Assembly: GCA_904063045.1 (NCBI GenBank)
Contig: CAJFCJ010000025.1
Coordinates: 992,001 to 1,056,000, forward strand
Origin: Dimorphilus gyrociliatus
Taxonomy: Eukaryota; Animalia; Annelida
Direction: 5' to 3'
Length of the DNA stretch: 64,000 nt
Both the position numbers and the translations under genes were made by a program. Positions 39,081-52,521 of the stretch are shown here, one piece after another (position 1 is the stretch's first letter; each line of letters starts with the position of its first letter). The notes under the pieces were generated by a model, which saw only the letters and a list, made by a program, of their open reading frames with translations, did not search any database and was not told the origin of the DNA.

Positions 39081-40386
39081 AGAGGGAGAGTACAGGAAAT
39101 ATTTAATACAATACGTATTTAAATAAGCAACTCGTCATAAAGAAATATTGAGATAATGTTGGAAAACTTGAACTGAGGAGACTTTTTCTTAATTAAAAAA
39201 TGATGTTACTTAATTAATAAGGGCTAGAGAAAGAAATATTGAGGAGAAAAGCAAACATTGTTTATTTATAGGCTGGTTTTTATCTATCCCTAAACAGAAG
39301 AAAGTACTCATATAAACTGAAGTTTCATTAGAAATAGTCCCAATAGAGAGTTTGTTTTTGTCTTTCTTTATGTTGAAAACTAGTCTGTTAGGTGTTTCAG
39401 AAATTGATATATGAAATATGAGCAATTTTATGAATCTGTAAATAAATTATTATCGTATTTAATTAGCATAACGAGCCTGCCTCGAACAAAACATAAAGCA
39501 CCATAACACAGTAATTTAGTGAAAGGAAACTGAAAGAGATCGTAGAATAATGAGAAGAGAAGGGGGCAAAAATGAGAGACAGAGAATGATAATTATATAC
39601 TCGAATGACTTTTGATAGTGACTGTAATAATGACGATGAAGACTAGATGATTTACAGATGGATGACATAAAGCCGCAAAGTGGCATATATAGCAATACAT
39701 ATATGTATGTACATATTTATACAATTGTAAAATCGGTTTATGTATTATTTATAACTTGTACAGAGAGAAAAGAGCTATAACAAAGTCTTATTCGCTCATT
39801 ATTTCAATAATTTAATTATAAGATAAAAGCTAACTGATATGATAGACATAATATATATTTCTATACATCGCTCTCTAAGGTTTTATCAAAGTTTTTGTAT
39901 GTTTGTTCCAGCTGCGAAAAGACTATTTAATACTGTAGTCAGTCTGTTTTAGATGTTCTGAACATGTGGCAGATAGTCTCTATTCTATTCAAAAGCAGAA
40001 AATATGGTCAATTTATTTCCACTGTGCAAATTCAAGTTTATTTCGTTCATGTCTTTCACCTTTTTATCGAGTAGTAAACAGATAGAGTGCGTAACAATAA
40101 CTTTTCTGAAAAATTCTCCACTGTTCCTCCCCCTCCACCCCCTCCCCACCCCCTCTCTCTCTCAAATGCCAAAAGTTTTGGCTAAATAAGAGTTTCACAC
40201 ATTACTAAAAGTTCGTAAAAGTTAGAGGAGAGACCTTGTGTGCAAGAAGAAGAAGAAGAATTAGAAGAAGAAAAAAACATTACTAGTTCTTGAAGATAAT
40301 ATATGAATAAATTATTGATTTTATTTACCGTTATTATTAAACGCTTGGGCAATAAATGGAAGCGCAATATAACTGTTTATATGAAT

Positions 40387-40455
<69 letters not shown>

Positions 40456-40910
40456 AACTTTTGCTCTTATTCACTGCAAATGAAATATTCGACCAAGTAC
40501 AAACGGATTCTGAGCAAACTCATCTAACAAAGGTAATAAGAATTTATCTAGAATTGCATAAAACTTTTTAAACTATTATCTATTAATTAACTAGTAGATA
40601 TAAAATAAAGTATAGCGACATTATTAAATTTGTGAATAATTAACGCAATGCACTCAAAACGTTTTAACCCAACATATAAAATAATGATAGCCAGTAAATC
40701 AATAACATAGGTTTCTCCAAAGTTGAAAGTAGTCAGTGGAACTTTATCATTTTAAGTAATTTATCTTCAACATTTTAATTATACTACAAAATAACATTCA
40801 AACCGAGTCTACTTATGTAATTTTAATATATGCTATATTTATAAAAACAGAACAAGACTGGCAGTATTTCAGATGCATGTTTACCGTCAATCAAGTAAGG
40901 CTTAATCAGC

Positions 40911-43900
40911 ATGACTGAAGAGAATTTTACGTGGAAGCAGCTTTTCTTTGAATTTTCTCAAGATACAACATTTCATGGAGTAAAATATATAGCAAAGCCT
41001 ACTAAATTTCAACTTCGAAGGTAAAGTTTATCTATTGATTAAACTATTAAGACAAAAATAAGTTAAACATTATCGGTCGTTCTTTCTACGCCTACTCCTT
41101 TCTCTCTCTCTCTCTCTGCATCTTTGTCTCTCTGTAGACAAAGACAACTACAAGTCTGTTTTTAAACATAACTTATCTCTTTTATTGTTAGAATTATGTT
41201 TTTTATAATTAGCAATTATATCGTACAAAATTCTAGTACAAAAGTCCTCTGAAACAATTAACGGACAATCATAGAAAATGCCCCTATTCAATTCTAACAT
41301 TTTTTACGTTTCTATTCAGAATACAACAATAATAGTCAACATCTCATTTGAATGAAAATTAACGAAAAATAATAAGCAAATTATCATAATTTAATTATTC
41401 TATATAGCTACGAAATATCATGTCGTTTAACACTAATACTTTCTTCTTCATAAATTAATTCATCATCAATTTCCACTCTTCAATTTCTTCAACAAAACAT
41501 AAATTTCCACTTCCAATAAACCAAAGTACAAAGAAAAAGAGAGAGACAAGGAAAGAGATAATTTACCCTTCCACTTCAATCATCTCCTACATAAATTATA
41601 AATTTCCTTATTATTTAATTGTGACTCATAAATTTAGTATAATGTTGACACGATATGTATTTTAAACATCATTTGTACATTATTTTCCCGTTTTATGTTC
41701 CAGGTTGATTTGGATCCTAATTATCCTTTGTGCATCAACATTCTTCACTTACATAGTTGTCATTCGATTTATGGATTACTTCAGTTATCCTAAAGCAGTT
41801 GATGTCGAAGTTTTGTATACTAAACAACTCGAATATCCAGTTATTACACTCTGCAATCAAAACGTCTACAGAGCATCAGCAACTGTAGAAACGGGCGTCT
41901 TCGACGCTTTTGAATCATATTTTACTAAAACTACACAAAACAAAGGTACGCCTCTAGTTGTACCTATTCATATTAATAATTATTAATTATTAATCCTATC
42001 TGCCTAATTATCTTTATGATTTTTATGTAAATTTCTCTCTGTAACTTACCAATTCCAATATTTCTTCACTTAGATACAGAGTGTCAAGATGGTTTTCAAG
42101 TGCTTCTCAATAGCGTCCTAATTCACCCTAGTAGCGTCTTCATTTCGGAAATTCACGTAAATGTAACGCCTGGTGTTTGCAAATATACTTGTCTCAATTT
42201 GGCTTCGATTTCCTGCAATTCACTTTTATACTATCGATCAAATTTGACGTGTCTCTTACTTCAATCAAGTCATAAAACCCCAAATACTCTTTTACAAAAT
42301 TTCCAAGGCGTCGATTACTACTCAAGGTCAAGACGCGACAGTCAGTTTACAATTACACCTTCTTCTTTACCTTTCCACTATTATTCCTTTAATTCTCCTT
42401 CATTAATCTATTCAATGTGACACGTTTCAGGCAAAGAGAGCTTTTGCTCTTTCGATTTAGACTTTTGCAACTTTCATCAAGTCAAATTTGACGATATCGA
42501 CTGGCAGAGAAGAAAACTTGGCAATATTCAAACTCTTTCCGGACCGGACAACGATCATACAACCGGATCCGGATATTTTCTCTTTTTGGAGGGGGGCAAA
42601 GAGCAAATGGGACGTTTAATTTCGTCTTGGCATTCGGCGAAAACTTGGAAGACGAGCTGCGTTACTTTCTATTATTTCATGTATGGATCATCGGTTAATA
42701 AATTACAGTTTTACGTTGTTGACCCTGACAACTATAGCTATAAACTTTGGGAAAAATCCGGATGTCAAGGAAACAGATGGTCAGTTGAACGAAACGGAAA
42801 CGTCAATGCAAAAGTATTGTCTAAACCATTGTGTTCTTTAACAGGCGAAAAGCGAGTGTCAGTGTAAACCTTGAATTGTTCCAAATTCGGTTCGATGGCT
42901 ACACCGGAAGAGCAGATCGCCACGTTATTGCTGTCGATGACGTGTCTATCAAGCAATGCCATAGAGGTAACGATGGAATATCGATTCAAAACTGCTCTAT
43001 TCTATTCATAATTATGATTTTCAGAGTCGCAAGATTGCAGAAATGATAAAACGGGAGATTTATACAGAGGAAATCAATCATTTAGTATAAATAATAGACG
43101 TTGTTTATACTGGAATGATGTTCATTCTGTCGAGTTGTTGTTCTTTGAGGACGAAACAATTCGGCAGACTAAAAACTTTTGTAGGAATCCTGGAGGTAGA
43201 AAATCCGAACCTTGGTGTTTCGTACAACGAAACCCTCTTCTTTGGGAATATTGTAATATTCCTTTATGCGGTTCGTAAGAAAATGATCATTTTTCCAGTT
43301 CGGTAATCGTCTCTTGTATTCTTTTTCGTAGAAAGCATCGATTCAACAAATAAGACGATTTCAAAAGTCGGCGCTAAAAAGGGCGCTGACTACGGTAGGT
43401 TTTATTCATTGTTCATGATTTATCGAAGAGAAATTCAGATATTTCAAAGATAAAAAGTGTTTTTATAATAATTTTATAGAAGTATCGATCAGCTGCGCAT
43501 TTGAAAATTCATTTATTTGCGGTTACACGATTGCTTCCGATTCTGAATCTTTCATCTTTAAATTGGAAAATGGACGATATCTACAACTGCATTTTGGCCC
43601 TGGAATGGATAGTACTTACTATAGTCCTCTCAAAGGTTCCTCTTTTCCTTTTCTCTTTGTCAATCGATCATCAATTCCGTCTCTCCCTCTCTTTCTTGTC
43701 GTTTAGGGAATTATCTCTACGTTGACAGTCAACTGGCCGTTGAAAATTCCAAATCGTGGATTACTTCTCCTCAAATTTTCCTTCGTCAATTATCGTGTTT
43801 GTCGTTCGTTTGTTCTAAGAAAGGACTAAACTCCCTCGACGTGTATCTTCTTAAAGAGGGAAATCTTCGAATTCCCCTCTACGAAGTTGACGAGTCGACT

Positions 43901-46900
43901 GTTGGTTGGAGTGAAAAGACTGTTGCAATTCGTTATTGGCCAAAAATTTCATTCGGGTTGACGAGCATAGTCTTTGAAGCTGTTCACAAATTTGGATACG
44001 ACAACTCTTTGGCAATTGATGATGTGAAATTCAACGAAGGTTACTGTTCAATTGCAGGTAAGTCTGTTTTATTAAACTGCAATAATTTACTCTACTGATT
44101 GTCACGACGGTTGTTTCCAGAATGCGAAAGTGGGAAATATCAATGCCAAAATGGAAAATGCATTAGCAATGAGCAAATATGCGATGGAATAAACGATTGT
44201 TTCGATAATAGCGACGAAGAGATTCCGTGTTGTAAATAGATTTCTTTACTCTATTAATGATAGGTTTCTTGAAAAGACTCTAATGAGGAAACTCTCTTTC
44301 TCGACAGCATCGTTTGATTGTAACTTTGATGGTAAAACCTTATGTGGTTATTTATTAGAAAGCTCTGTTAGCTACTTTAAATGGAAAAAGATTCTGATAG
44401 ACAATTCTACTAACTGTACGTATTTGTGTTCATATTGGTGTATTGACAGAATCTCGTACATTTTTCAAATGACTCATAAAATATTTCATTAGTTTAAGTA
44501 GTCTATAAATAATTAAAATAATTACTAATTGAATAGTCCAACAGCTCATTATATTACTTTGTCTTGATATATTGATTCTCTTAATCAAGATTTTTTTTAT
44601 AGTGTTCTTCTTGGGAACCTACAGCTACGGTCCAAGATTTATTTCTGCAGCCAAGATTCGATCTCCTATTGTTGAGACAAATGAACGAACGTGTGCCAAA
44701 TTCTATAGTTTGTTTAATTCTTCTCTTCCCGCTGTGCTTAAAATTTCAGCACATCTTGAAAGCAGAGAATCACAACTGTTAGCGACGATTTCGAATCTAC
44801 CTAATCAGCAAATAATGGAGAATATAATTCCTCTACCACCGAATAAAAAATTGTCGGTATGGTTCGAATCTTTTATGGATACTTTTGGACATGAGGTTTA
44901 CATTGGGAAAATATCACTTGATCGAAATTGCTCTACCTACGAAACTGAAATTAATGTTAATTGTACGTTTGAATCGGAAATCATTTGCGGCTATATTATT
45001 GAATATGAAAAACACGGATACTCTTGGACAAGGATTAAAAAGAGCACTTCAGTCAATAATGGTCCAAAAATGGATCATACCCTCCAAAACACTAGTTAGA
45101 AAAACATAATGTATTTCCATAATATATAAAAAATATTTCGTTTCATCCAATAGATGGATTCAGTATGGTGACTCGAGGTTTGGTGGGAACAGAGGGCGAT
45201 ATTGCCAGAATGTCTTCTCCACTATTTGTTCCAAAGTCTAAATTCGCATGTCTTTCATATTACTATCATATGTTTGGGAGTATGTTAGGAAAATTAATAA
45301 TATATTTCCAATACACAAGTCTGTAGGATATTATAAAAGAATCTTCATCTTGATAACTAACCTTCTTTTATACAGATAAACTTATACGTCGGGCATTTCA
45401 ACATGAGTTTAACCAAGGCGATGTATGGCTCCACAACGAAATTCTTATTCGTAATCAACAAAATGTAGAAATGAAAGTGATCTTTGAAAGTATTCGCGGT
45501 TTTGATAGAAGTAATAAAATGGCATTGGATGATATTTCTTTCTATAATGGATTTTGTCAAACTCTTCAAGGTTTCCTCCAATCCTTTTTTCATTCTTACA
45601 CAACAAAATCACTTTATATTCATGCAGCTCAATGCCTCAATTCGAGCTTTCAATGCCAAAATGGCCAATGTATTGACAAGAGTCTGGTTTGCAACGGAGA
45701 AAGCGAATGTTTCGACGGAAGTGACGAAAGCAATTGTTCCGATTGCCTACATGACATTCAAGGCAGATTCTACACAGGAAAACTTTCAACAACCGAATCT
45801 GGAAAGAGATGCATGAGTTGGAAAGAGGCTGTTGGCGAAACGCAAACCACCATCTCAGTAGAGACGGGAGAGACGAGTTTGACAGAAATGAAAAACTATT
45901 GCAGAAACGTTAACGGAAAGAAATCTCCTTGGTGTTACGTATCAAAAGAAAGATGGGAATTCTGCAGCATTTCCAATTGCGGTACAAAGATTGATATTCC
46001 AATTCAAAAAATATCTCTTTCGCTTGAAACGAAAGAAACAATAAACTGTAAATATTTGCAGAATGCCGAGAAAATCAATACAGATGCAACAATTCGGCTT
46101 GTATTTCTTCAAAACAAAGATGCAATGGAATATCGGAGTGTCCTCATAAAGACGACGAAGAATCGTGCAGTAAGAATTCACAAGAACGTTCTTTCTAAGT
46201 TTAAAATCATAATTCCACTTAGATTCAACGATATCATGCGACTTTGACGATCCTTTTATGTGTGGATATTCAATAATACCATCCGATAATGGTTATAGAT
46301 GGTTTAGATTTAATTTTAAAACGCCATCGGTAAACACGGGACCACACGCCGATCACACAACAATCAATAAAACAGAAAGAGGTTAACAACTAATCATATT
46401 TAAAGCTGTATCACTACATAAGAATTCTCTTTTCAAGGTTTTTACATGTACGTCGAATCAACGCAGGAAGGAACATTTTTGAAAGGAGGGGATGAAACAT
46501 ATCTACTAAGTCCTCTCTCTCATATTTACGGAAATTTTTGTCTCAAATTCTTTCATCATTTAAAAGGCAGAGATATAAATATATTGAGAGTATACAGAAA
46601 GATTGGAGACATATATTCTCCATTAGGAAAACTAGAAGGTCAATCACAGAAATATATTTGGAAATCATCGGAATATACAGTCAATAAAATCACTCATCAG
46701 ATAGTATTTCATTATATTAGAGGAGTTGATTTCAGAAATGACCCTGGTATTGATGATGTTCTCCTATATCCTGGAAATTGTAAAAGTAACCAACATTAAC
46801 ATTCACAACATTCTCTTTATTTCATACTGATTTTAATGCCAAAACATTCCGTTCAGCTCATCGAACTTGTTCACATTTTGAATTTACTTGTTCCAATGGC

Positions 46901-49900
46901 CACTGCATCAACAACACTTACACTTGCGATGGATACGACAACTGTGGCGACTTTTCAGATGAACTAGTCTGCGGTATAACACCTCCTTCATTCCTATTAT
47001 TCATTTAATCTATTCCATTTCTTTCCTCTCCTCTTCCTATAGAAACGGAATGCAAGAGATCTTTGCAAGAACAATGGTATATAGGGACGAGAAATGTTTC
47101 GCAAACTGGCAAAAAGTGTCTCTACTGGAGGAACATGTCAAACTCTTTCAAGATTCCCTATCGTTTCCCGGATGAAAGTCTGCAAAGTGCGGAGAATTAT
47201 TGCAGAAATCCAACGAATAGAACGTTTGGTCCTTGGTGTTACGTTGATAAAGAGAGTGAAATGTGGGAATACTGCAATATCCCTAAATGTTCAGGTTTGT
47301 AGAATCAATAAGTTGAATAATAAAGAAAGTAAAGGAAAGTTGCAATCAGTTTTCCAAAGTTGTCAGTCGAACGAATTTCAATGCGCGAATGGAATGTGCA
47401 TTGATAAAAAACACTTGTGCGACGGAGTAAACGACTGCAACGATAGATCGGACGAAATGGAGATTTGTGGATCGGCGTACAACATCTCGTGTGATTTCAG
47501 TGATCGTTATATGTGTGGCTACACAGACGATAGTCCTAATTGGAACTACAGATTTCAAAGGAAAGGTTCTTTTGATGGTTCAGTGCAATCAGTAATTCGG
47601 CTTTTAACTACAAAATGGGACGAGTGTTTTCATGAGGATACGGCTGGAATTGATTATGAAGGAAATGTTCAGATTCGAAGTGATGGAATCACTTGTCAGA
47701 AATGGAATGTGCAATTTCCTACTGCGCACGCTTTTTATATGAATGAGTTTTTCCCTGAAAAAAGTGTAGCCAAAGCTGAAAATTATTGCAGGTAATAAAT
47801 TGTTTTCTCATGCAATGAAAGTGTAAAAATGTCTTTTCTTCTCAGAAATCCAGCTGTCTATGTTCCTGGAAAGAAGTATTCTCTTGCTCCACATTGCTTG
47901 TCGTCCGATCCAGAGATTTCCTATTATAGATATTGCTCTATTCCATTATGCAAAAGTAGTTTAAATGTTTTCACAGAATTTCTGATCTGTTTACAAAATT
48001 CATGCAATTAGATACATTTATAAAGACAAAACCATCGACTGAACAAGGCCAAATAGCCAAATTCAACAGTCCTAAAAGTCAAGGCTTTGGAGACTCATGT
48101 ATCCAATTCGCTTACATGTTGATTGGAGATGACGCCGGATCTCTAAAATTAATGTGCAGCTAATTTTTGTATCCTTATCTTCCCTATTTTTTTCAGAGTT
48201 AAATCTGTTTTTTGAATTGTTAAACAGGTTGAATACTAACAGCACCACTCGTTTGTTGTGGTTTACGGAGGGTAAGAAGGCGTCAACTTGGATTGAGGCG
48301 TCTGTTGATTTCACATCGAATGACGAATTCTATTTGACTTTCCAAAGCGAATCTGGATTGAAAAGTCCAGGCGTCGCGTTGAAATACGTGAATATCCGAC
48401 GAGGTTTCTGCCATATTCAAAGTAATCATCATTGAATGATTTTGCCAAAGAGCACAATTTATTCTATAATGAAAATATTGTTTGCAGACGATTGCGTAGG
48501 AAAATTTTCATGCAAATCTGATTCGAAATGTATAGAATTATCAAAAGTTTGCGACCATCTTGTTGATTGTATTGACGAATCTGATGAAGTTTCGTGTAGT
48601 AAGTTTCCGTCCACTTTATCTTCAAGCTTGAGAATTTGACTTTTTATTTGCGAATTTTCTATTCAGAATGTTTGGATGACGAATACAAATGTAGGAATGG
48701 AAAATGTGTCAGTCGTAATAAATTACTCGATGGCATAAATGATTGTTATGATAACTCGGATGAAGATCATTCAAACCTCGATAGTCTAATTAGGGAAAAG
48801 AAAAATTGGAAGAATATAAAAGTGTTTGAAAAGAACAGCAATTTTCTAATTAATCAAACCATGTTTGCGGAAAAGGATTGGGAGCCAAAGATAAATGGAG
48901 CTCACTTTGTCAGATTTCTCACTGAAATGAGTCATCAAAGATCTGACTTAATATCAGAGTTTGTTATAATTTTTTCTATTGTTTGTCCTTTTCATTAGAG
49001 TTGCGTTTTGTTTTTGCAGTTGCGATTGGAGAGGAAGCCCGTGCAAGTACCAAAATGTTAAAATATTAGATAGATTTACGGATCATGGTCAATGCTTTTC
49101 GTTCAGTCGGAAAGGAGATAATGATACTCTTCTCGTTACAGAATCAGGTTGACTTTGGTCCCTTCAAAATTTTCTTTCAAGATCTTTTTTGGTCGATTGT
49201 TTTAGAATTAAATTTTAACTGAGTTGTGTTTCAGGTGCTCAAGCCGGACTGAGATTGACTTTGAATATCGAATCGTACGAATACATGATTGGTCCTCACA
49301 CCAATAAAGGAATTAAAGTATTGTCGTCCAAATCTTCTGTTATTCTTCTGATGTATCTACGTTTCCTGTTTCTTTTCAGGTTTACTTGCACGATGCAAAT
49401 GAAACACCGAGAATAAATCATTTAGGATTCTCGTTAGCTCCTGGCTTTCACCATTCTATTGCCATAAAGAATACGAAGGTTTCACATAGTTTTATCTGTC
49501 TAATGCCACGTATGATAACGTTGCTTGTTTGTTTCGCTACAGGTTTTCAATCTGGAAAAGCCGTGGGGAAATTGTGGAAGAAGTGAATTAACACATTTTG
49601 CAGACTACTCTCCGAATAAATGTAACATCGATTGTTCTATTAAAGATACATTAAATAAGTGCAACTGTTTAGCTCCGTATATGAAAAGTGTAGCGAGTGA
49701 GTTTTTAGAGAATTTTGTTTGATTTAACACTTGAAGATTGTTTTTTTATTATCAAAAAGCCGATAATTTTTGTGGATTTGACGAATATTTTAACTGCATC
49801 CTTGTCGAACGTAAGCTATTGTGCTTTTTCTTTTCTTAGATATATTTTTATAATCACTTTTAATAGCGGATGATCTTAGCGCTCCATTGAATGAATCCTG

Positions 49901-51755
49901 TAAATGCCAGCAAGCGTGTTATCAAAACATCTTTGAGGTTGGTTTTATACTTAATTTGTGCCTTTCATATACTTTGACTAACTAATGATTGATATTAGCC
50001 AGTTATTTCGTCATCGGCGCTTTCGGAGCTAAGTGCCGAAAAGATATTACGGTTTGAAAATGAGTCTTTACGAAGAGAGTATGAACATGCTCTCGACGTA
50101 AGGGCTCGGTCTAGAATTAAGGACTATTCGGAGGAAGTTATAATCTTCTTCAATTTGTCGAGTACTTTTGAGAATCTACAGGACTTTCTTATAAAAAATA
50201 TTCCTTTATTTGAACCGAATGGAATTTCCTCTAAAATCAGCACAGGAACAGAATTTATAATGAATATTGCTAATAAAGACATTGAAGTTTTTAACAAATG
50301 CCTGAATTCAACGCTAGAAGAATTTCAATCTAAAGTTTTAAAGAAAGTAGACAAAATTAAAAATGTTTTTCAACTGTTAAAAAATCAAATTCACTTATTT
50401 TCCTATTTGGAAACGATTCACGACGTTCATTTAAACATCGTAAAGAACTTGTTAAAAGAGTTCATAAGTCAATTAGATGATCTTCGACCGAGTGACAATT
50501 CTACTGCTTTTCAAACAACGATTCGAATATTACCACTCTGTTTAGCTAACACAGAGAGTATTCAGTTATATCTTTTAAATTTAACCGATAATCTCTTAAA
50601 TAATACAATAAGAGCTAGTCTCTCTGAGGATCTTTTCGACGAAGTGAAAGACTATCTAGACTGCTTTGAAAATATTTCAAGAATTATCGTCGACTCTAGA
50701 GACGCTCTTAATTTTGACCAAGCGTTTAATGAATATTTTGACGAAAGAAAGAATATGTTTAACGCAATTGGTATATCCAGTTTTGATGAAATAATTGAAC
50801 AGGAGAAAGCACTGTTTTTGGAAATTATCCATTTATATCTTTCCGGTCAGAGCATCATTAAGCTCTCTCGAAAATATCCAACAGATTTATTTGAAAAATC
50901 AAAGTTAACGGTTGATTCGTTTTCCGGAGCCGTAAGATATAAATTCACAGAAATATATAAAGTTAACATTGGACATTTAAAAAGTGAATTGTTAAAACGA
51001 TACTCTAAAACTATAGAAATCGCTAAGACCCTGAAAGATATTTTAGGAGAAGATAAGATTAGAGAAATAATAAATTCCTTTTCAATTTGGAAGAGATATT
51101 CATTATCTCTATTAAATAAAAAGGTCACTTTTACCAGGACCAGAGATAACACTCCTATTCAAACCGAAGATTTTAAAGTTATTGGTGAGGTGATAAAAGA
51201 TAATGTAGGCCTATATTTAACGCCTATTACGAATAGTCTGAACCATTTTCAAGAGTTGGTAGACGGCTATATAGTGAGGTTGAAAATGTCGTTGGACGAC
51301 GTTCTGGACATGTTTCACAGATATAAAAAAAAGGCCGAGTTGGGTTCGGATTTCGTTAAGGAAAATTTCCTCATCGTCGACGTTTTCTTTGGCGAATTAA
51401 GCTATTCGAAAATCACGCAGAGAAGGGCATTTAACATCGAAGAACTCTTAGGTAATCTCTCTTTATATTATCACTTATACTGATAACTCTCTCTTCATTT
51501 CACTTCCATGTTTCAGGCAACGTTGGAGGTTTTATGGGTCTTTTATTAGGAGCCAGCGTTTTAACCGTCTTTGAGCTATTGGATTTGTTAATATATAACA
51601 TTTTCGTAAAACTTTCAATATCTAAACAAGAGGAGAAGAGCGCGGAAAATTTTCCTAATCCATCAATGGAAAAGAGACATTCTCAGAATTATGTCACAAA
51701 TTTCAATAAAGAATATACTAAAGATGGCGGATTCACATCTTTAAATAGATTTTAA
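40911..51755 (+). CDS. Giant DEG/ENaC subunit, copy 2, same architecture; 34 exons, about 2627 aa
   Basis: Exons: 40911-41020, 41704-41945, 42074-42340, 42431-42779, 42845-42966, 43025-43270, 43332-43394, 43480-43635, 43707-44057, 44121-44231, 44308-44415, 44603-45094, 45154-45318, 45376-45570, 45628-45981, 46062-46169, 46223-46381, 46438-46785, 46857-46973, 47043-47294, 47350-47791, 47846-47955, 48012-48153, 48228-48421, 48488-48598, 48667-48958, 49020-49147, 49235-49317, 49380-49478, 49543-49696, 49760-49810, 49867-49937, 49999-51451, 51517-51755. Exon sizes and phases match copy 1. HG motif, CNQN and GAS TM2 are intact. Confidence 0.9.
41800..43279 (+). repeat. Near-identical duplicated tract, copy 2 = copy 3 (about 53027-54509)
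   Basis: Exons 2-6 and their introns are shared (the ORFs at 42100/53328 are identical); one 2-nt intron indel. Confidence 0.9.
45420..47653 (+). repeat. Two near-identical tracts, copy 2 = copy 3 (45420-46162 vs 56920-57662; 46710-47653 vs 58218-59161)
   Basis: Constant offsets 11500 and 11508; the intervening MAM5 N-half is diverged. Confidence 0.85.
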
Positions 51756-52521
51756 CAGTTGAAATGAATAAGTATTCCATGACTTTGCTGCTCAAAATTA
51801 GAATTAAAAAACACTCACTCCTTTCACCTTTCCATCTTGCTTTGAATTCAATTATGAAGATAAATAAGACTATTAAATGTATTATAAAGTTTCTATACGT
51901 GACATGTAAAATATAACAATATACTAATAAATTAAATAAAGGTGTTATTTCTAATGTTTGATAAATGTTTTTCCAATTTCGGAATGGTTTTAGTTGATAA
52001 AATATTCATAAAATATTGTTGAATGTCACTTTGATCTTAAGTGAAAAATGTTACAAAACGGTTTCCATGTTTGTTATCTTCGTACTCGAGTCAATTTTTA
52101 CCGTTCAGTCCAAATGAAACAATCAACAATATTATTGTTAGTTCTGTTTATAGCTATCAACTCAACCGTAGATGTAGGTTCAATTGTACGAAAATCCTGG
52201 AAGGAGTTGTTCAGATAGGAGAGGGAAGATAAAAAGGGTTAAAGACTTTTGGACAGCAGTTGGAAAATTGTGCGAAAGAGGCTACGGTCTATGCGAATCA
52301 CGTAATAGGAAAGAAATATTTACATAAATATATTATAATACTTGCTCATATTCCATTCGACATATTGCATAGAATGAATGATTAATTCATAATGTAATTT
52401 CCTTCAAGCTTATTTGTCCGCCATAATTAAATGACATAGACCTACCTCTTCCTATGATCTTTTGCCACTGTCCTCTTCCTACCGTGAAAAAACACATAAA
52501 ACAATAAACTTTTCAATAAGA

